A DNA stretch of 64,000 bases. Origin: a virus. Position numbers and translations under genes: made by a program. Position 1 is the first letter of the stretch. Every line of letters starts with the position of its first letter. Location: IMG/VR virus record IMGVR_UViG_3300030693_000012. One strand, given 5' to 3'. Below the pieces are notes generated by a model. That model ran no database searches and was not told the DNA's origin. It saw nothing but the letters and a program-made list of their open reading frames with translations. This document shows, one piece after another, positions 45,413 through 55,246 of this stretch.

Positions 45413-46041
45413 TAGTAGGTGGCCCTCCAGTGAATGGGGATCGCGTTCAAGCTGCCCGCGCCGCTGCCTCCGATATTGGTGGCAGCACGAATCACCGCCG
45501 TGGCGCCGGTCGTGCTAGTGCCGAGGTGGTAAACCGTCACCGCATCCTCGTTCGTCCCATCCGGATAGGTGCCCAGGCTGAGCGTGAGGACAGGGTTTCC
45601 GGGGAAAGTAGCAGGGAACGTGATGGCCTGCGTCGCCAGCGTTCCGCCGCCCACCGCGCCGGAGGTCACGGTGCCGTAGGCCTCATACAGAAAGCCGCCG
45701 GCTCCATCCGGGCTCTTGATGAAGGTTCCGTTCCCGTTTCGCGTGGTGACTATCGGCACGGCGGCCTTCGCAGCAGCAGCAACCGCAGCAGCGAATAGGG
45801 CGGTGAGGGCCGAGACATTGCCGTCATCGAGGACATCGACGTTCCCGTTTTCGACCGAAATCCAAGGAGCCAGCATCGCCATAGCCATCGTCGCTTGGCG
45901 CCAGCACTTATTCGCGCTGGAGGAAGCCGCAACGCCAGCCACGAACCCGGTCGGGAGGTAGCTTGAGGCCAAAAAGGTCGCTTGGCTGTCTACGTTCGCT
46001 CCGCCACCGCCCGCCACTTGCTGATAATCAATCGTTGCCAC
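45412..46041 (-). CDS. Short baseplate-proximal tail fibre protein
   Basis: SAANKCWRQATM motif of baseplate-attached fibres; C-terminal ITFPATF domain; only 209 aa. Confidence 0.75.
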   Translation of the reverse strand: MATIDYQQVAGGGGANVDSQATFLASSYLPTGFVAGVAASSSANKCWRQATMAMAMLAPWISVENGNVDVLDDGNVSALTALFAAAVAAAAKAAVPIVTTRNGNGTFIKSPDGAGGFLYEAYGTVTSGAVGGGTLATQAITFPATFPGNPVLTLSLGTYPDGTNEDAVTVYHLGTSTTGATAVIRAATNIGGSGAGSLNAIPIHWRATY

Positions 46042-46057
46042 TCAAGCCTCCTTGAAC

Positions 46058-46720
46058 CTATACCGCTGGTGGTGCCCACTTGCCAGAATCCCAACCGGCT
46101 ACGACCGGTGTCTCCAGATCAAAGCCGAAGATCGGGGGGCCGGTGATGAAGTAATAGCCCGTGATGCCGACGCCCGCGGACTTCAGCGAGAGCTGCCCGC
46201 CGAGCAAGAGCGCCGTTTGAACTGCCGTCAGGGGAGGACCAATGACGTAAATCGTAATCGTCATGTTCTGGTTGTCCTGAATAAGCAGAGTGTACCCGAG
46301 GGGTGCAAATGCGAACTCCAGCACAGCCGCCGTGCTGCCCGCCTTCCCGGTCCAGTAATTGACTGCGATTCGCGCCCTCAGCACCAGGCGATAGTCGTCG
46401 TCATCGAGCAGGTACATGACGTCGCCGGTTTCATCGGGGCCCAGCCAGTTGCCTTGATCCCAGCCGAGGCCGACGGTGTCGAACGAGAAGAAGACGCCCG
46501 TCAGAGGTATCGCCAACTCGCGGGAAATCCCAATCCAGAGCCCCACCGCATCGAGCTGCGAGCCGACCGCCAGGTCGAGGTCGTACTTGAGGAACATCTC
46601 GGCGTAGAGGTTCTGCAGGTCCACATACGGCTGGCAAGCCTCCGCTACCATCTGCCGGAATAGCGGCTGGTTTGCATGCTCAGAGGTGATGCGCGCGAGG
46701 TATTGGTCGACCGTCACCAT
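46058..46720 (-). CDS. Baseplate wedge protein (DUF2612-like)
   Basis: DLDLAVGSQLDAVGLWIGISR...LDDDDYRLVLRARI. Confidence 0.85.
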   Translation of the reverse strand: MVTVDQYLARITSEHANQPLFRQMVAEACQPYVDLQNLYAEMFLKYDLDLAVGSQLDAVGLWIGISRELAIPLTGVFFSFDTVGLGWDQGNWLGPDETGDVMYLLDDDDYRLVLRARIAVNYWTGKAGSTAAVLEFAFAPLGYTLLIQDNQNMTITIYVIGPPLTAVQTALLLGGQLSLKSAGVGITGYYFITGPPIFGFDLETPVVAGWDSGKWAPPAV

Positions 46721-47907
46721 TAGGTCACGACCGAAACGTTCGCGAGAAGCCCGACGGCGGCCGCGTTGAATGCGATCGAGATGTCCGCCGAGGAACCGGG
46801 CGACGGGGCAGTCCCGATATACAGGGAGGTGATGACGAAGGTCTGCTGCTGAGGCGTGCCGGGGAGACCGGCCTCCGCGACGAGCCAGGCGTCATAGACG
46901 TCCTCGCCGATCGCAAGCTCGTTGATGAAGTTGACGATGGCAGCCTGAATAAGCGGCTCCGTCGAACCCACCCAGCCGGGCAGGACAGTAACGTTGACGA
47001 TGGCATAAATCTCGACCTGCGCCAGCTCGAAGAAGTTGATGGTGATGGGCAGCCCAGACGGGTCAGCAATCGTCTCTGAAGTCGTGCCGTAGGTTCCACA
47101 CCCTTGGTCCTTCTCGAGAAGAATAGCGGTGGCGATGGCCGTGGCGTCGCCACCCTGCACGACGGCGCAGATCGAATGGCTGGGGATGCCGTTGCTGTCC
47201 GTGGTGGCGCTGTCGTTCTCGTACACCAAGGAGCGAACCACGCCGGGGATGTCAGCCACCGCGCCCATGATCGCGCCGATGGAGGTCTGCGATGGGATGG
47301 CCGTCGAGATAGTCTGGCGCTGGCGGACGGCCCCATCGGTTTCGGTGGAGGATCCGATATCGGAAGCAGCCGGATTCGTGATCGTGTCCCACCCGAGCTG
47401 CGGGGTGTAGATGGTAGTGATCGTGTTCGGCGGGGCGACAATGGCTCCGACGGCGGCGCATGTCACGGTCACGGGTATGGTTCCGGACGACGGAATCAGC
47501 ACGGACGCGGGCAGGTTCCAAAGATTCGGCGGGGTCGCAGTGTCCTGCGCTTGGCCGTTGACGATGGTGAAGCCAGGCGCGCCCACAACATTGCAGATGG
47601 CGGTGCTGTTGGTTCCAGCTTCGCGGGCCATGCCGTTTATCTTGATGGCGGTGTCGAGCTGGACGCCCACGGCCGTCTGAGGGCTGTAGGCATTGAAGGC
47701 GGCGACGGCGGCGACGTTCGAATCGTAGATCGCTTGAGCTTCGATCGCCAGGAGCTGATAGTCCTGCGTGCCGGTGGCGAGATACACGTCATCACCCCAA
47801 ATGCTCTGATAGGTCGCGATCTTCGAGTTGATGATGTCCTGAAGAGCGGGGATCGTGATGCCGGTGGGTGTGATGGTGGGACCGAGGGTCGCCAGTGGGT
47901 AGGTCAT
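46720..47907 (-). CDS. Baseplate J-like protein
   Basis: ETDGAVRQR...IPGVVRSLVYEND...PSHSICAVVQGG. Confidence 0.9.
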   Translation of the reverse strand: MTYPLATLGPTITPTGITIPALQDIINSKIATYQSIWGDDVYLATGTQDYQLLAIEAQAIYDSNVAAVAAFNAYSPQTAVGVQLDTAIKINGMAREAGTNSTAICNVVGAPGFTIVNGQAQDTATPPNLWNLPASVLIPSSGTIPVTVTCAAVGAIVAPPNTITTIYTPQLGWDTITNPAASDIGSSTETDGAVRQRQTISTAIPSQTSIGAIMGAVADIPGVVRSLVYENDSATTDSNGIPSHSICAVVQGGDATAIATAILLEKDQGCGTYGTTSETIADPSGLPITINFFELAQVEIYAIVNVTVLPGWVGSTEPLIQAAIVNFINELAIGEDVYDAWLVAEAGLPGTPQQQTFVITSLYIGTAPSPGSSADISIAFNAAAVGLLANVSVVT

Positions 47908-48287
47908 TGGGCCCCCGTTGGGAGTGAGGTGACGATGCTGGTGACGCCGTAGATCGTATTGACCTCCGCGGCGATGACGAGGGTGCGGGTGGTCTTATTC
48001 AGGCTGCTCGTGTAGGCGACGATCCCGTTGACGGGAGTCACGCCTTCCACGCTGAGGATGACGCCCTGAATAAGCTGATCGTATAGGCCTTGGGTTCCAT
48101 AGCCCAGCACCTCGGAGAACCATGGGACGCCCTGCGTGGTGTCGAGGAACCACTCCCCCAAAAGCAGCTTTAGCGTGGTCATGATCGCCTGCCCGACCGC
48201 CGCCGGGCTGTCGACCAGGTAATTCTGACCATTGACCCCGAAGGTAAAATCTCCGGTCGCTGATTGGGCACGGTAGCGCATAGTCAC
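47904..48287 (-). CDS. Baseplate wedge/sheath initiator (gp25/W-like)
   Basis: LKLLLGEWFLDTTQGVPW. Confidence 0.8.
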   Translation of the reverse strand: MTMRYRAQSATGDFTFGVNGQNYLVDSPAAVGQAIMTTLKLLLGEWFLDTTQGVPWFSEVLGYGTQGLYDQLIQGVILSVEGVTPVNGIVAYTSSLNKTTRTLVIAAEVNTIYGVTSIVTSLPTGAQ

Positions 48288-48310
48288 ATCCTAGCTTGCC
48301 CTGCAAGCCG

Positions 48311-48889
48311 CTATGGGGTATGGCCGTTGAGGGTGCCGGTGATGAGCACGTTTCCGGTGATGGTGAGTAGGCCCGAGCTGGGGAGAACGATGTCAACCAC
48401 CCCGACAGGTCCGATCCCGATATATGTTGTGCCATCGTCGCTCCTCATCTGGACTTGGGTGGTGCTGACCGCCGTGAGCAGGTTTACTTGGCTGCGCGGT
48501 CCGACGAAGAGGAAGCCGTCATCCCAGGAGAAAATCCGGAACTCGATCGGGTCTTGGAGACCGCCGGCGCGCCACCAAAGATCGATCGCGCGCGAGGAGA
48601 AGACGCAAATGCCCTCATCGCCGGGCGCGATGGGGTAGGTCGTAGTGAAGCCACCGCCAGACTGGAAGAGGACCGGCACGTTCACCAGGAGCCGAGGCTG
48701 CACCATCATGTACGTCCCGTCCGGCAGGGGGACGCGAACGCGGATGTTGGGCTGGCAGGTAGCCGTCATCTTGATGGGGTCGAACGTCACCACGTCCACC
48801 GGGCAGCAGGTTTGGAGGGCGAGCAGTTCCGCCCGGATCATGGCTTTGATGCTGGCTTCGAGGTCGTTTGCGCGTTCTAGCTGGCTCAT
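48311..48889 (-). CDS. Baseplate spike (Gp138-N/gpV-like)
   Basis: VNVPVLF...GDEGICVFSSRAID...DDGF. Confidence 0.85.
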   Translation of the reverse strand: MSQLERANDLEASIKAMIRAELLALQTCCPVDVVTFDPIKMTATCQPNIRVRVPLPDGTYMMVQPRLLVNVPVLFQSGGGFTTTYPIAPGDEGICVFSSRAIDLWWRAGGLQDPIEFRIFSWDDGFLFVGPRSQVNLLTAVSTTQVQMRSDDGTTYIGIGPVGVVDIVLPSSGLLTITGNVLITGTLNGHTP

Positions 48890-49860
48890 TGCGGACTCAC
48901 CTGCTGTCCCGCCGGGGCGGAAGGGTTGATCGAGAGGGCGGTGATGTCGGTGTACCACTCCTGCCCGCGGCTATCGCCCGAATGCTCTGCGACGGCCACG
49001 CGGTAGAGATTGGATCCGGATTGGACCTGCGCGACATTCGTGAAGGAGTTTTGGGTGTTGGGGAGCAGAATGATCCCGGAGCCGGCCGGACTCGTCCCCT
49101 TCGCCGCGAGAGTCTGGGTGATGAGGTCGGGAGCGAGCTGGATGGCCGTTCCGATCTTGACAGCGCCGTTCATCAGGCAGCGGCACTCCACTCCGTCGAT
49201 CGTGAACTCGGGGATTCCGATGAGGCCAGTCGAAGGGCTGAGGACGACTGCGGTGCCAGGCAGATACCCGGTGGTGCTGACGAACTTCAGAACGCCGTTC
49301 TCGACGTACCAGTGGCTGCCAGCGGCGTTCGCTGTAGCCGCCACCTGATCGAGATACACCCGCGCCAGGCCGAACAGCACCTTGCCCCTCGGAAACGCGC
49401 CGCCGAAGCTCTGCAGATCGAGAGCGGACTTGTCTACGGTCACGCCCATCGCATCCGCGCATGCCGAGACGACCTGCTGCGGCGTGGCGCCGGCCTCGAG
49501 CGTCTGGTTGACGTTGCCGTAGTTGAAGCCGAAGTCGTTGTCCCCGGCAGTGATCTCCAAAAAGCGGTCGGTGCCGCTCTCCTTCCCCTTCTTGAAGTAC
49601 TTGATGTCTCCGCTGAAAATCTGATTGAGGCCCGTTCCGACGTAGCCCACCTGCAGCTTGATCGAGGTGTACTGCTGAACCACCTTGTTCACGGTCTGGG
49701 GGCTGAGGTTGTAGATGCGGACGATGAGGGTGTTCGGCGTCGAAACCTCCGACTGCTTCACCTCGAAGCGGAAGCGCAGGGCGCTAAGGTCCGTCGTCTC
49801 CACTTGATTACCCACAAGCAGCGAGGCGATGCGGCCGAATTGGACTCCGGTCTGGCTCAT
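48886..49860 (-). CDS. Baseplate hub protein
   Basis: LRFRFEV...IYNLSP...QVGY...IFSGDI...LIGIPE. Confidence 0.85.
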   Translation of the reverse strand: MSQTGVQFGRIASLLVGNQVETTDLSALRFRFEVKQSEVSTPNTLIVRIYNLSPQTVNKVVQQYTSIKLQVGYVGTGLNQIFSGDIKYFKKGKESGTDRFLEITAGDNDFGFNYGNVNQTLEAGATPQQVVSACADAMGVTVDKSALDLQSFGGAFPRGKVLFGLARVYLDQVAATANAAGSHWYVENGVLKFVSTTGYLPGTAVVLSPSTGLIGIPEFTIDGVECRCLMNGAVKIGTAIQLAPDLITQTLAAKGTSPAGSGIILLPNTQNSFTNVAQVQSGSNLYRVAVAEHSGDSRGQEWYTDITALSINPSAPAGQQVSPQ

Positions 49861-50174
49861 TGGGTGAAGGGGATGAAGTAGAGGTTCACGGACTGGCCGA
49901 GATTCTCGAAGGTGGGAGCCACCAGGGGATCGGCGCCGCCCGATTGGAGGAAGAGCGATCCGCCAATGCCGAGGTAGCCGAGCTGGCCGAGAAGGTCGAC
50001 GCCTGTGACCATATTGAGCCCGCCGACAATGGTGTTCGCGCTCGTGTCGAGAATGTCCAGCACCCAGCACTGGGCAGCCTTGCTCCAGTAGATGTTGAGC
50101 TGGTAGGTGGTTGCGCCCAACTGCACAGAGAGCAGTTGCGGCAGGGCCAGGAGCGGGATCTCGTAGAAGTTCAT
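49857..50174 (-). CDS. Baseplate plug-like protein
   Basis: WVLDILD...GVDLLGQLGYLGIGG; position in the baseplate module. Confidence 0.75.
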   Translation of the reverse strand: MNFYEIPLLALPQLLSVQLGATTYQLNIYWSKAAQCWVLDILDTSANTIVGGLNMVTGVDLLGQLGYLGIGGSLFLQSGGADPLVAPTFENLGQSVNLYFIPFTQ

Positions 50175-50923
50175 GGGGTCACCTCGGACTCTGGGAAGGG
50201 GAACCGTTCGGCGGCTGACTTCGTGAGGTCGTTCTGGAATGACGGGACGCTGGGCGGGGACGCCGGGGACGCCTGCACGGTGCCCACCTGCGTCGTGCCG
50301 AGGCCGGATTGCGGGTCCGCCACGTTCGCGGGATTGACCGAGGTGAGCTGGATCGTGGTCGTCGACACCAGATTGACATTCAGGCAGACGATCCGGACGA
50401 TGAGCGAGTTCTCGGTGTTCGCGTCGGTCGTGGTGGCAATCGACTCGATGAGCATGTTCTGGTAGACCCGCTTGCCGGTGTAGATGGCGAAGGGGACGTG
50501 CGACGCTTTGAGGTCGAGGAGCTGCTGGTAGACCGCTTGGATGAAGTGCGGGTTCGCGAAGCTGCTTGGCGTCGTGTCGGTGACCTGCGCGCCCCCGCCG
50601 CTCGTGGTCGCATCCGCGTCCGGCTGGGAGAGATTTGCTGCCAAGAGGCTAATCGTCGCGGTGTTGAATTTCCCTACGTTCTGCGGGCTGCCAGAACTCC
50701 ACCCATAGGTGAGGGTGACCTCGTTCGGCTCGTCGATGATGTTATCCGAGATTGTGGATCCGGACTCCACTGGCATACGGGTAATGGAAGACCGGTCTAC
50801 GTGCGCCTCCTCGATGACACAATCGGCCGTCAGCGAGCCAAGAGCGCGCCGGGGGTCGAGAGACACCTTCTGGGCCGGAGGCGGGGTGCTGAAGATGCTT
50901 TGCGGTGTGGTCGTTAGGCTCAT
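50171..50923 (-). CDS. Dit-like tail tube initiator/baseplate protein
   Basis: ITRMPVESGSTISD...YTGKRVYQNMLIESI. Confidence 0.8.
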   Translation of the reverse strand: MSLTTTPQSIFSTPPPAQKVSLDPRRALGSLTADCVIEEAHVDRSSITRMPVESGSTISDNIIDEPNEVTLTYGWSSGSPQNVGKFNTATISLLAANLSQPDADATTSGGGAQVTDTTPSSFANPHFIQAVYQQLLDLKASHVPFAIYTGKRVYQNMLIESIATTTDANTENSLIVRIVCLNVNLVSTTTIQLTSVNPANVADPQSGLGTTQVGTVQASPASPPSVPSFQNDLTKSAAERFPFPESEVTP

Positions 50924-52578
50924 TATCCGGGTGCCCCTGCCGCGTTCCGCGCGAGGTCAGCGTTGACGTGCTTCTGAGTACGCATGACGGAGCGCCCAGT
51001 TGCTTCGGGGTCCGAGCCGCCGGTGACGTGGATGTCGGTCTTCTGGTTGATCGAGACGCCGCGCGCCATCTTTTCATCGCCCAGGCGACGGTTCAGGAGC
51101 GTGGTGCTGATGGCGTCCGAGCCGCCGGGGTGGAATCCCCCCTTGCCATCGTGGTATCCACCGTATAGCTCGAACGCTCGGGCAGCTCCGTCCAAGTCCC
51201 CAGCACGAAGCTTCCGTAGCAATATGTGGGCACCGGCCAGGTTGCCCGAGTTGAACTGGTAATCCGTGAGGGCATCGCGCCATCCCTGAGAGAGATTCAG
51301 ACCCTTCGTGAGCTTGGAAACTACACCACCCGCCGCAGCCAGGTCGCTCTGGAACAATGCGTTTGCCTGCTCCGTCGTCAGGCTGCCGAAATGCTCCCCC
51401 GGCTTGAGCTTGTGGCCGTAGCCAATCGAAGCAGCGCCGCCCTCTAGAGAGCCGTACAACCGATGACGAAGCCCTTCCTTACTCTTCAGCCAGGAGACGA
51501 AACCCATGGCGGCCGTTCCTTCAGCTTGCCAGCCAGCCTTGCTCGTAGCCGCATGGAACACGCTCGCGACGCTGTGGGCCTCCCCGAACTTCTGCATCTT
51601 GTCCAGCGCGCCCGACTTCTTCAGCACCCAGGCGATGCCAAGGGCCGCCAGTACGCCCACGACGATGGGGACGACGAAGGGAATGACCGCCGCGCCGCCA
51701 GCGCCGCCCTCCGCCAGCTCGCCAGCGGCCGCTCCGCCGCGCAGTCCGATCGAGGTGCCGATCTTTCGCAGTCCCCAGCCCGTGACCTTCTTCGCCGCCC
51801 ACCCGCCGCCCAACAGTCCAGCCAGGCCACCGAAGGCAGTGAGGTTCGGATGAGTCGTCATCACCCCCGCCACCACCGTCATCCCGCGCACCAGCTTGTC
51901 GACCAGAGGAAGGAACTTCGAGCCGATGATCTCCTTCAGAATGTCGACGTCATCTTCGAGGGTGTTGAGGTTGCGCTCGAACTCCACCGCCCGCTTGGCG
52001 TCGTCGTCCGGGTTCAGCCCGGCTTTCCGCATCCGGGCCTCGTGGGCCTTCTGCGCTTTGTCGTACTCGGGGAGGTTGTTGAGGACTTGGTTGGTGGTGT
52101 CCGAATCGAGGCCGAACTGCCCGGCTATCTGGAGGGCCATGTACCGCGGCATCTTGGCGATGCGGTGATAAAGGGCGCTCTGGGTGCGGGACGTATCCTG
52201 CCCCGGCTTGATGCCCAGACCGCCCAAGAGACCGTTCAGCCCGGGATTCGACCGGATTGCCCGCGCCATGTTCTGAAGGCCAGCCGCAGCCGCATCCCCG
52301 CTCACGCCGACCGCCCGCGCGGCGAACTCCACCGTCTGCAGGTTCCGGACGCTGGTGTTCATTTGCTGGCTGGCGTAGGCCATCTTAGAGAAGTTGTCAG
52401 CCATGCCGACGACGTACTTATCGACGGCGATGGAGACCAGCGCCACGCCCTCAGCGAAGCCGGCCAGCACCTTCTCGGTCTTCGCGATCGCCGTTTCCAC
52501 GCGACGGAGCTGATTGTCGTCGACGTTGAAGCCGAGCTTGATCAGGTACTCTCGCAGAACGTTGGAGTTACTTGCCAT
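50923..52578 (-). CDS. Tape measure protein with a C-terminal lysozyme-like domain
   Basis: LREYLIKLGF start; helical body; EGLR...SIGYGH...DALTDYQFNSG. Confidence 0.85.
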   Translation of the reverse strand: MASNSNVLREYLIKLGFNVDDNQLRRVETAIAKTEKVLAGFAEGVALVSIAVDKYVVGMADNFSKMAYASQQMNTSVRNLQTVEFAARAVGVSGDAAAAGLQNMARAIRSNPGLNGLLGGLGIKPGQDTSRTQSALYHRIAKMPRYMALQIAGQFGLDSDTTNQVLNNLPEYDKAQKAHEARMRKAGLNPDDDAKRAVEFERNLNTLEDDVDILKEIIGSKFLPLVDKLVRGMTVVAGVMTTHPNLTAFGGLAGLLGGGWAAKKVTGWGLRKIGTSIGLRGGAAAGELAEGGAGGAAVIPFVVPIVVGVLAALGIAWVLKKSGALDKMQKFGEAHSVASVFHAATSKAGWQAEGTAAMGFVSWLKSKEGLRHRLYGSLEGGAASIGYGHKLKPGEHFGSLTTEQANALFQSDLAAAGGVVSKLTKGLNLSQGWRDALTDYQFNSGNLAGAHILLRKLRAGDLDGAARAFELYGGYHDGKGGFHPGGSDAISTTLLNRRLGDEKMARGVSINQKTDIHVTGGSDPEATGRSVMRTQKHVNADLARNAAGAPG

Positions 52579-52804
52579 TTAGACTCCTCGGCATCAGCCG
52601 GTCTTGATTCTCAGAGCGCACGTCGAGCGCGTCGTTCATGCGAGCAATATCTTCAAGTGTAAGCGTGCCGTCTAGCAGGGACTCGTAGCGACACATCCCC
52701 TCCATCACGGGCCTCAGAAGGAAGTCGGTGCCGTCTCGAAGGTGAGCTAGTTTGACGCTGGAGCCGCCGCCCTTTAGACCTTCGGCAGCTCTGTAGGAAA
52801 AAAA
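52568..52804 (-). CDS. Tail assembly chaperone, -1 frameshift extension (G-T type)
   Basis: Slippery T TTT TTT at 52798-52804; the -1 frame is open to 52568 (DFLLRPVMEGMCRYESLLDGTLTLEDIARMNDAL). Confidence 0.75.
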   Translation of the reverse strand, partial: FFSYRAAEGLKGGGSSVKLAHLRDGTDFLLRPVMEGMCRYESLLDGTLTLEDIARMNDALDVRSENQDRLMPRSLNGK

Positions 52805-53217
52805 CCGCCAAGGTTCTCCGTGAGGACGTTGAAAGTGAGCTGCAGCGTCGTCGGGAGATCGAGGTCCTGAATCATGGTGACGCCGTTCGTCCGGATCCTC
52901 GCCGGCCCGGTAGGCTGCACCACCCAGGCGACCTCAAGGCAGCGGTTGATCACGTACTCCGCGTCCTCGTCCTTCATCTCGTAGAGGGCTTCCGCTAGCT
53001 GGGGGAGCGACCGGATGAGCTTCTTCGCGGTTTCCTCCTCTGCTGTGGCAATCTCCTCAGCGGGTGCGTCCGGCTCTGGCTCTTTGCCACCGGTGAACAG
53101 TGGCAGGAGCGAGAGGAGCGAAGGACCAAGGCGACGGAGGACGTGCAACTGGGTAAACGTGGAAAGGCGGCCAATCTTATAGGCCGCCTTCCCGATGGTG
53201 ATGTCTGTGAGTTCCAT
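52774..53217 (-). CDS. Tail assembly chaperone
   Basis: Between tube and tape measure; ends ENLGGFF. Confidence 0.8.
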   Translation of the reverse strand: MELTDITIGKAAYKIGRLSTFTQLHVLRRLGPSLLSLLPLFTGGKEPEPDAPAEEIATAEEETAKKLIRSLPQLAEALYEMKDEDAEYVINRCLEVAWVVQPTGPARIRTNGVTMIQDLDLPTTLQLTFNVLTENLGGFFPTELPKV

Positions 53218-53248
53218 GCCCCCAGTATCGAGGGGGTGTCAAGCTGGA

Positions 53249-53716
53249 TTACCCAACCGAAATGATTGCCCCACCCATGGTCAGGGTTGCGCGAATCGCA
53301 TAGAACTCCCATTCGATGATGTTGGCGTCCTTCGCCCACAGGTTTGAGGGCTGCTTACCGAACGCCACACCAGAGGCGGTCATTGCGTCGCCGGTGACTG
53401 GATTCGACAGGGCCAGGGTGTTCTGACCCCAGAGAAGCGAAGAGGACGATTGCACCGCGAGTGCCTGCTGGAGCGCGGCATTCGTGGGGCTGGCCTTGAG
53501 GAAGCGCGCCATGATGCGAGCCGCCCGGTTCTGGATGAGGGAGTGCATGCCAGAGCCGTCCGCGCCGATGGTCATGCGCGTCCGCTCGTCGAGAGCTTCG
53601 AAGCTGATGCCCTCTTCCGCAGAGCCGGATCCGGTGCCGAGGACGATCGAGCAGGACGGCCCAAGGAGAAGCCCCTGCACATCTGCGAAAGAATAAGCTG
53701 CGAAAATCGGTTCCAC
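53249..53716 (-). CDS. Tail tube protein (DUF3277-like)
   Basis: YSFADVQ...MTIGADGSGMHS; follows the sheath gene. Confidence 0.85.
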   Translation of the reverse strand: MEPIFAAYSFADVQGLLLGPSCSIVLGTGSGSAEEGISFEALDERTRMTIGADGSGMHSLIQNRAARIMARFLKASPTNAALQQALAVQSSSSLLWGQNTLALSNPVTGDAMTASGVAFGKQPSNLWAKDANIIEWEFYAIRATLTMGGAIISVG

Positions 53717-53728
53717 GGGACTCTCCTT

Positions 53729-55246
53729 TTACGGCTGCAGCGTTACCAGCACGCTGGTGGTGTTGACTGCGCCAGCGCAATTACCTGCGATCTGGATGGG
53801 GACTCCGACGCGGGCTGCACGCGGAACCTGAGACTGGCTGGCAATCGGCGGCCCATAGATGTAGTAGCCATCCTCCATGTAGGGCTCGCCACCCACGGTG
53901 TTCGGCTGAAGCGTGCCGAAGGGAGCGCCGTACCAGTAGCCAGGCGCGAGGAAGCCGTTGGCGACGAATTGCTGGCAGACCTGCGCGTAATTCGTGATGA
54001 ACTTGTGGGTGCCCGCGTCGTCCTGAGCAACCTTCGTCCCGGCGGTGGCGGCGGTGTAGAGGGTATTGAAGCCCGCAGCCTGAAGCGAGACGGCGAACAC
54101 GTCGGCGCCGATCACTGTGTCCACGAAGTTGTTCGTGACGCAGGTCGTACCGGGGAAGAAGATCGGAACGCCGTTGTCGATCTGCGCGTAGACGTTGCAG
54201 TTCTTCGACTGAAGGATCGCGAGCTGACCGGACGTGATGTTCTCGGCCACGAGGGTCGGCATCGTCTGGTAGGCCAGCGAGATCATCGTATTGGTGCCCG
54301 AATAGTTGAGGTACAGGATGCGCGCGAGGGCGGAGATCACCCCGCAAGAGTTGGTCGAGGAGTAGCTGACCATGCTCTTGTTGCAGGAGGTCTTCGACAT
54401 CGTGTACGCGAGGTCGGTGGTGGAGCTCGACAGAAGGCACGCCGGCTCCTGCGACGTCGCCCCATAGAAGTGCTTCCGAGTCGAACCGCTCTGGATGAAG
54501 CCTTGGACTGCGAGGTGGTCCGCATCTGCGGTGATGGCCGGGTTGGCGAACGCATACCACTGGCCGCCGAAGTTGGCGTCCATGCGGGTGGCGTTCTGGA
54601 GCGCCGTCTCGGCCGCAAGCCCAGCCGATGTGTACGCTCCGGGGAAGGAAGCCGCCAGGCCGAGCAGGGAGCTGATGTCCGTCTCGCCGCCGCCGGTCGG
54701 GGTTGTCGCGAAGCTGACCGCGCTGGCTGCGCCCGTCGTTTCGCTCGTCAGCTCGAAGCGGGAATACACCTGATTCCAGACCACCGTTGCAACTCCAGCG
54801 AGCGCCGTGGCGATGAGCGCCGCGATGCCCGGCAGCGTGACAGCGCCGGTGAAGTTGATACCCGTGTGCTGCGTGACCGCGCCGCCGTTGACGGCCAGCC
54901 CAAAGGCTCCGTTGGCGATGCCGGTGAAGTTCGAAAGAGCTTGCTGCGTGATGGAGAGGCCGCCGCCCAGGAGCTTCCCAGCCGTCGCGGATTCAGCCCA
55001 GCTCCCAATGAGGAGGCGGGGAGGAGTGGGAACCTGCGCGAAGTGGAGGAGGGCCGCCTGATACTCTAGGCCGCCGGTGCCCCAGTCACCAGCCACCGCC
55101 GCCGAGCTGGTATAGGTGCGGTAGCCCTGCGTCTGGTCGATCAGGGCGGTCGCGGTCACTACGAGGAGGTCGCTGGTGTCTTGACCCTGCCCGGCAGTCT
55201 GGGCCAGCGAGATCTGTACGTCGATTAGAGTGCTCTCGTCGATCAT
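53729..55246 (-). CDS. Tail sheath protein (DUF3383-like)
   Basis: 505 aa; KVAQDDAG...FVANGFLAPG...RAARVGVPI. Confidence 0.9.
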   Translation of the reverse strand: MIDESTLIDVQISLAQTAGQGQDTSDLLVVTATALIDQTQGYRTYTSSAAVAGDWGTGGLEYQAALLHFAQVPTPPRLLIGSWAESATAGKLLGGGLSITQQALSNFTGIANGAFGLAVNGGAVTQHTGINFTGAVTLPGIAALIATALAGVATVVWNQVYSRFELTSETTGAASAVSFATTPTGGGETDISSLLGLAASFPGAYTSAGLAAETALQNATRMDANFGGQWYAFANPAITADADHLAVQGFIQSGSTRKHFYGATSQEPACLLSSSTTDLAYTMSKTSCNKSMVSYSSTNSCGVISALARILYLNYSGTNTMISLAYQTMPTLVAENITSGQLAILQSKNCNVYAQIDNGVPIFFPGTTCVTNNFVDTVIGADVFAVSLQAAGFNTLYTAATAGTKVAQDDAGTHKFITNYAQVCQQFVANGFLAPGYWYGAPFGTLQPNTVGGEPYMEDGYYIYGPPIASQSQVPRAARVGVPIQIAGNCAGAVNTTSVLVTLQP

